A stretch of 64,000 nt of DNA, from assembly GCA_021613535.1 (NCBI GenBank), contig CP075493.1, forward strand, positions 3,038,001 to 3,102,000. Direction: 5' to 3'. Both the position numbers and the translations under genes were made by a program. The notes beneath the pieces were generated by a model. That model saw nothing but the letters and a program-made list of their open reading frames with translations, was not told the DNA's origin and ran no database searches. This stretch comes from Adineta vaga (lineage: Eukaryota; Animalia; Rotifera). Positions 42,776 to 58,226 of the stretch are shown here, in pieces (positions within the stretch are counted from its first letter, which is position 1; each line of letters begins with the position of its first letter).

Positions 42776-45447
42776 TGTTTTATTTGTTGAAATCAATTGA
42801 ATACCTATGCAAACTCTAGAAAAGAACAATAAATACAAAGTAATACATCATGTATGTATGTATGTATGTATGTGTGTCTCGTTCATGTATTCAAACGAAG
42901 AAAAGAAAAAGAATAGGAGAGATAAATCTTTGTCATCTTTCATAAGACATGAGAACAAAACGAACGATTATGTATGGACTAGTAAATCATCGAGATAAGA
43001 TGTTGAACCTTTTTTCAAATAATGTAATAACTGTTGTCATATTTAATACAGGTGTTTAACGAAGGTTAAAAAGGATAAAATGGAGAGCGAAAGCGAGAGA
43101 GAGAGAGAAGAAGAAGAAGAAAAAAATACGAATTCTTCTCACACATAAACGTCAATATTTAAGAATAACTTCTTGGTCCTGTTTGCTATATATCAAATTG
43201 ACATATGTTTGAGAAAAATTAGAATAATTGGATAATAGGTCTACGTTTACCTTAAATGCAATTAGATCGAAAAAGAAAAACTATTGATATAGGTTATCTT
43301 AAGTGCATATCTAAAAATGTCAAAAATGCTTCAACAGCTTTCTTTTTTCTTTCTTAAACATATATTTCTAATAAGTTGTTTAAAGTTATGATGCAATCAC
43401 ATGAGAAGATGAGCATATGTTTCTTTCCTCTCTCTCTCTCTCGTTTGGATACGTGCGAAAGAATCCATAGAAGTTGACAAGCTTCTGATGAGAAAAACAA
43501 ATATAGCGATGAGTAAGTTTCTTTTAACGATACTTAGTAAGAAATTATGTTAGTGACGATAGAAAGCTTTTTTTCAGTTAACGACAATAAATCATTGTTA
43601 TGTATGCTTATCGTAGGATGGAGCGAGCGAGCGAGAGAGAGAGAGAGAAAAATAAGGCACCTAATGAACGATAATCGTATAGCAAAAAGATTGCGTTTAT
43701 GAATAGTTAGAGAAAGAGAGAAAGAAAAACGAACCACGCATAAAATAAAGAAATCCCAATAATTCAATAACTACTAAGTGAGAGAAATTAAAATACAAAA
43801 AATAATTTGCAAAACTCTTTTGACACATCTTTGTCTTTTGTTTTCTTTACCTTTATGTATTATTGTCATGCCGTGAAGATATTGATTTTCAATTCTATAT
43901 ACGACGTCTTTTGTTTTAATAGAAGGGAAAAAAAGAAAGAGGTACACGTGTCTTTCTTTTCCCGTATTCGTTCGTATGAAACTGTGAATAAGATGGCTAG
44001 GAAACGAACTGGACGTAGATATGAACAAAGACACAATGCTGCGCGTTCAGTGACGATTGATTCGATCGTTAGAGAAAGAAAGAAATATATAAATATATAT
44101 GTACGTGATCGTTCGTTTCGCCTGCTATAGCTACTGTATAAACAAAACGATGCTGACTCGTTCGTTCGTTTCTTTTACATCGTCGTGTGTCGAATATTCA
44201 AAATTTGCGTTTTTGCTCATCAAACGAAGAAGAAGAAAAAGAAAAGAAAAGAAAAGAAAAGGAGAAACGAAAGAGAAAAAAGCTTGTTCAACGACTTGTT
44301 GCTTGTGCAAACAGCTGGCGATCGACGCAGCTCTAAGCTTTGATCTCTCTGTCTCGCATTATTTTCGAGCGTGAATACATTTTTTCATCTCCACCCCTTG
44401 TGGTTATCAGCCGTATTAAACGTAAAAGAAGTGTGACATCTAAACAAAAAACTAACGTAGACACTATGATCAACGACAAAAAAAGCACTTGACTCTCGGT
44501 TGTTTTTCTTTTCATATAAATATATAGTTTGTTAGTTGAAAAACAGAACGTATGACATGTCAACAAGAAGTCTATATGTATATATCCGTTTCGTAAGTAT
44601 GAATTAGCATATAGATTTGATTTTTTTTGTTCCCTTGAAGTTCTAAAGGAATTCTGATTGATTTGAAAAGTGTGACTAAATTTCAATGAATTCCATACTC
44701 GATATTTTAATGATGATCAAATGAACATTTACATGAAATATCGATCTTCGTTATTGTTTGTTCTTCTTCATTGCTAATCGTTCACATAAGTTTTCATGCA
44801 TTGAATTTGGCTTGAAGCAAGATGCTTATCGAGAGTATTCATTAGCTATATTTCTACCTTGATATTCACTTTGTATAAAAGGAAAAATATTCTCTTAGGG
44901 CATGTACAAACCATCATTATAAAGGGGAGTGAAGATGAAATACGAATGATCATCTTATTGAATCATATATTTTAATATGTAGACAGAAAATGAATGAAAT
45001 TGCATTTGATGCGAACAAATTTATTCATTTAGTTTTCAAGAACAGATGTCGTATGATATGATCATTATTTAACTACACATTTCTATTGGATTTTTCTGTA
45101 GTCGTATAGAATGTTGGTTAAAAAGATATGTCTATGCTTTTTTTTGGAGTAAATCCTTAGTTATATATTCATTAACAGTTTGAAAAGTTGAGATTGATTG
45201 AATTGAATTCTTTCCAATGTGCACGTCTAATTTTATTATGTCGTTCTTCTTTGTTTAAATGAAATGAAAAAGAAAACATAAACTTATGCAAAATCGACTA
45301 AAAGAAAAAAAAACGAAAGAAAGGATTTTAAGAAGAAAAATAGCACAAGAACAACTATAGGATAGTATGAAATAAAAAAGAAAAAGAAAGAATTCACAAA
45401 TATTTTCTTCTTGTTGTAGCTATATAATTTATATCGACAAGTAATTA

Positions 45448-49311
<3,864 letters not shown>

Positions 49312-49800
49312 TGTTTTCTTATCTTGTTGTTGTTTGTTCGTTTAGAAAAGGAAAATCGTAATCTGAATTGAAGACAACCATTCGTGTTTTTTTTCTATGA
49401 TATATCTTTCGATACATGTATATATATATTTTTTTTTTGATGAAAAAGAATGAAAAACAAAATGTATATTGTGAGAGTATTTATTTTTTTTTCTGCTCGT
49501 AATGATTGACATATATATATAGTTTATTTACATACGTTGGTGGTGTGAAAAGAAAACGACAAAAAATAGATTTCTATGTATGTGAATATATATATATGTA
49601 ACTACATATATATTAAGAAGACGTATTGAAAGAAAGAGAGAGAGAGAGAAAAGAAAATTTTAACGTACAATGAGAGAAGCAAAGATCGCACTAGTTAGGT
49701 TTTTCTGTTAAATAGTTTTCTCCATAACAATTCACGCTGGCACTGTTCTCGAATATGTGCATGTGAAGAAAAAGAAAAAGAAGAAGAAAAGAAAACATTC

Positions 49801-51206
49801 TCAAAGTTTGACATGCATTAAATGGGATTCACTACTTGTTCCAGATGAATTCTTTTTATAGGATGTTGATTGTTGAATATCATCAGAATTGGATGTATTA
49901 TATTGCTCAGCAAGATCTTTTGCTAATGTTAGAATTGCTTCATCATTACGATGAAATTTTGTTTGGATTAATTCTTTTTGTTGTACAACATCATATGTTA
50001 CCAAATATACTAAATCGAGAATAGATATGATCTTTCTCTATTAAAATTAACATAAATCCAATTACTTCAAACAAAGGAAAGAGAATAGAGAGAGATTAAC
50101 TTTAGATTTTGAATATAGTTAAAATTAGGTCACATTTAGAATACATAAAGAAGGAATATTATTGAAGTCTTAAAAGTGAACTCGTTGTTTTTTTTTCACA
50201 TTATGTCACTGAATTTCATTTCTAATGCTTTAGTTTATTTTCACTTAACTCGATCTTTTTTTTCTGTTTCAGGTCAAAGCTTATATCTGAACAACTTACC
50301 AGGATCATAATGTAAATTATCATACAAAAGAAAAACTCGATATGGAAAATGTTGATCTTCTCCAAAATAATCGATTCGTCCTCCACATTCTGTATTAATA
50401 ACACATATTTCAATTTCATATTCTTGTGTTAATATTGCTAGTTCAATGCCACCACCCCATGAATCATCTAGAATAAATCTAATTATTGCAAAAGACGAAA
50501 TTGTGAATAAAATTTTTCTACCTCTTCGTATCCATTTTGAATATTCTGAATTCGTTCGACCTAACATTGCTTCTGAATAAGTGATATGATCCGATTCAAT
50601 TTTTGTTGCAACTAAATTTCGTAAATATTTATTAGATGCTAAATCTAATTTTCCTGAATGTAAAACGAAATAAATTGATGAAAATAAACAACTATTATCA
50701 GCTGGAACAGAAAATCGTATAAGTTGACCGATAAGAGATTTTTTTGTTGATAAATTATTGGTTGTTTTCGCTGGAATTGATGTTGATGTCGATGGATCCG
50801 ATGTATACAAAGATGATGCTGTAGGATGAAAAAAATCAGATTTATCAAATGAACTTGCCGTTGGATTATCATTAGTTGGAAGTTCATCATTGTCTTGTTG
50901 TTGACAAAGAATGAATTCAGTTAAATCAATATACAATTCTTCATCACTTGATAAACCATATTTTTCAAGTGTAATAGAAACATCATAATGTGTACTATTA
51001 AAATTATTATTCATTGGATAAAGTAATGAACAACCATTAGGACCATTTCGATAGATTGAAATATGTAATAATTGATCAACTGTTAAATGTAATTCATGCG
51101 CAATTTGTTTTAATAAATCAATAATACGATATCGAGCAGCTATTTGCATACGATGATATTTATTTGGTTTTAAACAGATAAGAATTCGTAAGAGAGGACC
51201 AGCCAT
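49801..51206 (-). CDS. OTU-family deubiquitinase (OTU1/YOD1-like), 3 exons, without C-terminal zinc finger
   Basis: VPADNSCLFSSI (catalytic Cys); YSEAMLGRTNSEY; SWGGGIELAIL; LLYDNLHYD (catalytic His); N-terminal UBL-like region. Confidence 0.88.
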
Positions 51207-52414
51207 GATTAATTTTAATTAATAATTTATTACACAAATCTAAAATTAGATGACTGATTTCTATTTGTCTTGTTATTCACGTGCTTATTTGTACTGAAAC
51301 ACGACGTTTGTTGTTTATTATTTGATCGATCGTAGTATAGATTGTCATTAGTTATCATGAACCAGTCAAAATCGATTTATTAACCACTGGAAATTATTAT
51401 AGACAAGAAAAGAAAGTTTTGAATAAATAAATACTCAATTTTTAATCAAGACTTTTCCTTCTGAAGAAAATGTCATTGATTAAAATATTGTTTTTGAAGG
51501 ATTATCAAAATCGAACTAGAGATGTCGCTAGAATCCCTGTAATTTAGTATATATAGAAATATAGATAGCAATCACAGGTTGTTCAATAACAATTCAGATT
51601 TTTGATACAATTAAAGAAGTTTATATACGAAAGATTTCTCGTCTATCTAACTTATTTATGAAGAAGTTTTCAAGTCTTATGTTAATAAAATTCATGTAAG
51701 TTTGTTATACCATGTCGATCTATTGTAAAGTTTTCTCTTTATTTGAAGCAAATCATCGCTAAGAAATTGATTTCATAGTATATCTTTTATTATTCAATTA
51801 AACTCCTTTCGAAAAGGTACAACTTTTCTTTTTCTTGAACAAAGACTTTTGTCATTGATAAATACATACATATGTCATTTATTTTAATGTTCTATTCATA
51901 GATGATTAGTATTTCTCGAAGGATTTATATACATGCAAAAAGAAATTGACTTAACCTTGCTTTTACATGCATATATATATTTATGAAATCTATAAGTAAC
52001 ATCAATCACCTTTTGAAAGTACATTAGTTTGTATAGTTTATATCGAAAGAAAAGAATTAACAATTGACAAAACCTTGTAATCACTACTTTATCTAGTTGT
52101 TCAGTTTGATAAGAAATCGATTTGACTCGATTTAGTCAAACTATCCGATTCATTGAAATAAACAATCATCTAAGAAGATGTACTAATAATCAAAATCGAA
52201 AATGTTTAATTTTAATTATGAAATTCATTTCGAAAGAAAATCATCAAGATGAAAAACAATGACTACGTATTACGATCTGTTATATCTATACAATGTGTAT
52301 AATCAGCCAATACACATATGAAAGATTGAAAATAATACACATACACAAAGAAAAAGAAAAAAACTGATTTCGTAAAAAAAAATAGAAAATATTTTTACAT
52401 TGATTCTTTTGTTT

Positions 52415-54755
52415 TTACTGTCTATGAATGGAATCTTGAAAGATTAAACGAACAAACGGCTTTGTCTCCGATAATGCAACTGAACAAAATGGACAAATAG
52501 ATTTTAAACCTTTCGTACCTGAAAATATACGATAAATTCAATTTAAGAATCGATAAGAAGAAGAGCTTTGGGTAGAATTTTTCTTACCATATGGTACTTT
52601 GATTTTTGACCAATATAAGGCTGTTGATTGTGAAGTCATATGTCCACAAGGTTGAAAAGCATATGATGTTGTTGATTCGTTATCTGTACTTGAAACAACA
52701 TAAAATGCAGGCTCAATTCCAGGTATAATTGGAATAAGTGGACCAATAGTTCGACAAAGTGGACATTCTCGAGATTCATTATTGTCATTTCGAACGCCCC
52801 ATTTATGATTTCCATGAACATGTCCACATGAGAGATATACAAATGCATTCGGAGATGATGATGATGATGTTGATGATGTGGAAGACAAAGGATGAGTTTT
52901 GATTATTAATGTATTTAAACCAACGGGACATTGAGGTTTTTTCGAATTTAATTGATCTAATTCCAGTTCAAGTAAACGACGAGTCTATAAACATATGAAA
53001 TTTCAAATCTTCTACGAATAATTTTCAACAAGAAAATATATACCGGTGTATTCTTAAGACCATCCACTGATCTCCAAAGTAGTGTGGCACCACACAAATC
53101 AATCAGACTTCCATCTTTTAAAATATTATCCGTTGTTGATGGTGGCTAAAGAGAAAATACATATAAATATTCAATCTGAATCGATATTACTATTGATTCT
53201 TTACTGTTAGTTGATAATTAAATTTTAATCGTCCTTCTCCTAGATCGAAAACACTTCCACCAACTGATACTTCTTTCCATTTGCTAGGTTTCGAATTAGT
53301 ATCGAATTGATAGCCATCGAGATGCATTACTAAAATACCATTCGTTGTAACACCATCCATTTCATTATGTTCATTTTTCCATTTGATAGATTTTTCCTAT
53401 AGAAGAAAACAAAACGTCTATTACGAATGAAAATCTTAGAAAAAATATAGATACATACTCCAAGAAAGATATTTTTCGAAGCATCGAAACCTGCAGCAAA
53501 TATTCGAGCTGTATAAGGGGGATGACGTGAAACAACAATACGACATGCATAACGAGAAATAGTCGATTGTGGTACAGTTAAATCATCAAATGTTTTAGCA
53601 CCTGCAACAGTATCCATAACAATACAATCGATTTGATTTTCAGATGATCGACCAATCTGAAAAATACAGTTCATTTTATTTTCAGAAGGATAAAAACAAA
53701 AGATTTTTATACTTGAAACATATCGGAATCTTCATCATGAGAATATTGTACAACAACTGTTTGATTTCTTGATAGTGTATAAGATATCGAATGAAAATCA
53801 GCTTGTGTCAATTTCTAAAAAGAAAAATACATAAGTATAAAGCATCTGTTATAATCATCTTAAACATTGCAGTTGCATTTGAATAAGAAATCTGTATCCA
53901 TCTGCGTATTTACACGAAGTCTATTGCTCTCTCATAGTTTCACACGCAATATGTGTACAATCAATCCACACTCGTCTAACATTCAATCAATATCGATTAC
54001 ACACACATAAGATTGCATCATAGTCCCTCTCATTCATTTCTGCCTATCACCATATCCTCAAGCCATTCAAAGTCAAAGATATTATTTCTTTTTTCTTTTT
54101 GAAAAACATTGTTATTGTTTTATTTTCTATTACCTGTACTTCATCAGCATTCTTACATAGATGCTGTCGTTGTGCTTTCAAACCATTCGCTTGTGCACGT
54201 TGTTTTAATTGAAATTTACTTTTCCGTCTACCACGATCACCACCAGGAATTTGTCCATTGTATCTAAGAAAAAGACAGATCAATAATTCAATGTTGAAGT
54301 ACTTCTGAAGTCAAATATATATATATATAGACATAACAACCAGACTGAAGGTCTATCATATGATAGCTTGTATATTGTGTATAGAATAGCCTTGAATTTA
54401 TACAATAATGCTTCTTCATTTTCTTGTTATTGAGAGATTTTCAAGGTCGATTAATTTTTAATTTTTTTGATTCAAAACAACGATATGTGTATAAAAATGT
54501 GAAGAGTTCAATTCGATAAATTTATGATATACAATCAATGTCTCACTAATTATCTATAGATAATTGATAAATATTGTTCATATACTGAATCATAGAGTCT
54601 ATTCACAATTATATCTCATTACCTTTTCTTTCTGTTTTTTCCCTCTATCAGTATTAATATTTCAATGAAAGAAACTTCTTTGTAACATACCCAAGAACAA
54701 CTAATTCACCATAGTTGATCTGTTGTTGTTCTTCATTCGTGTTAATGTCCGGCAT
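52415..54755 (-). CDS. PELI: E3 ubiquitin ligase Pellino
   Basis: YGELVVLG|YNGQIPGGDRGRRKSKF; DMFQ|IGRSSE; QSTISRYACRI; AAGFDASKNIFLG; DGSLIDLCGATLLWR; QCPVGLNTL; CGHVHG; CPLCR; PCGHM; CPFC. Confidence 0.96.
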
Positions 54756-55640
54756 CGTGTATGATGTGCACGAAGCAAACAAACAAAAAAGTGCACTTCT
54801 ATAAACAGCGAACAATTCTTAGGTAGAATAGTAGTTGTGGTAGTCCTGTGATAGAAAAGGAAAAAAAGAATAGTGGTCGAATGATTCGTTTTATACGAAG
54901 AGAAAGGGACTATATTCTTCTTCTTCTTCGTCCTCTTTTTTTCCTCTGTCTACTGCTGATGCTACTCGACGAACAAGCAAACGTGAGCGAGCGAGCGAGC
55001 AAGAGGGCATATGTATGTGAGGTTATACAGCGTAAATGTATATTCAAAAAGCAAGTAAAGAACAAAAAATGAAGTCTCTCTTTCGCCATCGACGACCGCG
55101 AAAGAAAGAAGAAAAAGGAGAAGAAAAAAAAAGAAGAATTGTTGTACGTTTGTCAATCAATGTATAATTAGAAATGAATACGGATATATAGAAAGGTGAT
55201 GATGATAGTGATGATGAACAGATGGAAAAATTTCTCGCCTTTAATTTTGTCAACGATAGACATTGTTTTCATAGACTAGCATTTCTTTATTTAAAAGATA
55301 ATGAAACAAATCAACGACAATACACTTATCACTTAAGTAAAGAACAAACGAGAAAATGATTGAATACCATGATAAGTATTTGATCTTCTATATAATATAT
55401 ATTCTAATTTTGTAAGTGCAACTCCTTGAAAAATATATGATTTGGATTATTGTATATTTTTTTTTGTTTTTGTAACGCTTGGTTAATTGTATGTAAATAA
55501 GATGAAGGTGTATATATGGAAAGTGAATCATTAATTGCGTTTTGTTATTATCATGACGTATAGTGATCAATATCCATATATATATGCGTTAGTTTTTCAT
55601 AACTGATTTTTCATTCTCACACAAGCACAATTGAATCAAA

Positions 55641-56105
55641 ATGCAAGTCGCTACATTTGCCGGTGGTTGTTTTTGGCGTATGCAATCGATCTTTTCCAAG
55701 GTTCCTGGCGTAGTAGGTACTGTTGTTGGTTATGCAGGTGGTCACGTTGCTAATCCAACTTATCAGCAAGTTCGTACAGGACAAACAGGCCACGCAGAAA
55801 CATTACAAATCACATTCAATCCTCAAGCTGTTTCATATATGACATTATTACAAGTTTTTTTTTCAAGTCACGATTCATCCCAACTTAATCGACAAGGTGC
55901 TGATGTTGGTACAAATTATCGATCAATTATTTTTTATCATGATATGAGTCAAGCACAATCCGCTACACAATATATTGACTATTTAAGAACGAGTCGAGGA
56001 ATTCCAGTTGTTACACATGTCGTACCATATCAAGCATTCTATCCAGCAGAAGCATATCATCAATATTTCGAAGCACGTCAACAACAATACCTTCGAACCT
56101 ATTAA
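55641..56105 (+). CDS. msrA: Peptide methionine sulfoxide reductase A, minimal single-Cys form; intronless
   Basis: ATFAGGCFW; VGYAGG; PTYQQV; TGHAE; RQGADVGTNYRS; FYPAEAYHQYF. Confidence 0.93.
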   Translation: MQVATFAGGCFWRMQSIFSKVPGVVGTVVGYAGGHVANPTYQQVRTGQTGHAETLQITFNPQAVSYMTLLQVFFSSHDSSQLNRQGADVGTNYRSIIFYHDMSQAQSATQYIDYLRTSRGIPVVTHVVPYQAFYPAEAYHQYFEARQQQYLRTY

Positions 56106-57412
56106 CAGTAGTTTATTAAAATTGATTTTTAAATAAAGAGATTTTTGTTTTGTTTTATAATTACGTGACGTTTTAGACATTAGTTGTAAGAATTATTTCT
56201 CATTTACTTTATAAATATCTGACATAATCACCTTAGAATTCTTATCAATTTTCTCCAATAGAAAGTAATAGCATGAAATAATAATCATCATCATCATCTT
56301 ATCTCATTACATTCCTATATATGTGATGAACAAATGAAATATTCATATCATGCAAACCTTACAAAAAGAAAGAACATAGAATACGATTCTGTTCATTATA
56401 TTATAGGTTGGATACAGAACCGTATATTTGAATATCATTGAAAAATAGAGGAATAGTTCAGTTCATCAAGTTGATTGTATGACGTGAGTAAATGATTATA
56501 GTAGCTATGCATCGAAAACCAAAGATAAATTGTAAAGAAGATTAGATACTGTTATGAGATAATAATTACATCGATTACCCAACATGTTTATTCGACTTTG
56601 CAGTACTGTAATTCATTTGTATTTCTGCATCAATGATTGAAATGATCATTGATGGGTGATATTTCCTCTATATTTTTCTTCTGCTTCAATAAAATTGATC
56701 GTCTTTTAGTCTATCAGGTAACATTGATTTGTTAGAGAGCGAGAAAAACTGTTCTTGGACTTCAATTGTATTTGATATTTCGAATGAATTCATTAATTAT
56801 TCTCCTTCAACATCATTGCCTATATCTGCTAATTTTGAAACTTGTCGAATTGATGATGAATTACGTTAATTAACAGAATAATTTGAATAGAATATGATTC
56901 TCTAAAGATTCTTTGCAAAAACTCGTAATAGTTGTTGTTTATCATTGATAATTGTTTCAATATATGTATGCCAGTTATTTATTGCTTTTTGATGTTATAT
57001 ACACAATCGAATAGAGATATTAATTATTTATTCTGATTTTTTTTCTTTCCTAAATAGAATCTTCTCTTAACTACATTAACCACTTCAACTAATCATATCT
57101 TCGTTATCTTGAAAAGAATTATATTATAACTAGCTAACTAACTATTCAATGTACATCCGATAACAATTTCGAATTATTATTTATCGATTATATAACATCA
57201 TAGAAAAAGAAAGAATTTCCATGTTATACATTTAAGTGACAAGAAAATGACTTCGATTTATTTTCATCTGTTAATATGTGTATATTTAAACAATTGGAGA
57301 CATTCCATATTATCCTTTTTCTTCATAACAAAAACCATAATACCATATCAAAACAAAATGTAGAGAGTTCTAACCGAAAAGACAACTGGTAAGAGATAGA
57401 AGATGAGACATT

Positions 57413-57435
57413 TCTCTCTCTCTCTCTCTCTCTCT
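57413..57435. repeat. (TC)n microsatellite
   Basis: Run of about 11 TC units. Confidence 0.8.
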
Positions 57436-58226
57436 TTTTTCTTAGTTAATAATAATCAGATATAGAAAAAGCTTTTCTTTCTTTGTATTTCTCTGTTGTC
57501 TTGGCATATGGCATTATCATTCATACTAATATGATTTCTCAATCATACCTAAGAACAGAAGAACATGAATGGGGCGAAAAAAATGTTAGTCTTATGTTAA
57601 GCACATACATATATTGCCATCATCGTCGTTGTTCTAAGACGTAAATATTTTTAGATCCTCTTCGCCTTCGCTTACAATCACAGTTTTGTCCAATCTTGTA
57701 CAGAATGAGAAGAAAGAGAAAAACGCCGAATACAATCAAACAAAAGAGAGAAAAAAAATACTATCGTCGAACTATCTATATGCTCATTATCACCAGGCAT
57801 ACGGATGACGAATAAATATCTGAAAGAAAGCAAGAGAAGCTAAATCTATCTATTTCCTATACACGCATTTATATATGTATACAAATCTATACGTAACTAA
57901 TAAAGCCACATTTTTTTCTCTTCATCGTCGCCATCCTCTTTATCCAATCGCAAAAGGAATATGTGTCGAAGATCGGGAGAATACCTTCCCTATATTCTAT
58001 CTATCGAAGATTTATTGTTGCTGTTGTTTTCATCTACAATATGGGCATGTATTTTTCTTCTCTAAGGCTGTTAGCTAACCTAGACACAATTATTTCCGTC
58101 TTTGTCGTCGAATAACATTCTTATTATCTATATCATTCAGTGATCATTGTATTAACCTTGACTACACTTTTTAGATTTCTTGTATTCTTCTAATCTTCTT
58201 GAGCAAAAAAGTTTAAACCGGTCACA

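Noticed and set aside
42850-45400. Several 60-117 aa ORFs between Prickle and PFKFB
   Set aside because: Built from GA/AAG repeats and Phe/Lys-rich tracts; consistent with Prickle 5' regulatory/intron sequence and the PFKFB 3' UTR.
55641-56105. Selenocysteine-type MsrA
   Set aside because: The catalytic codon is TGT (Cys), not TGA.
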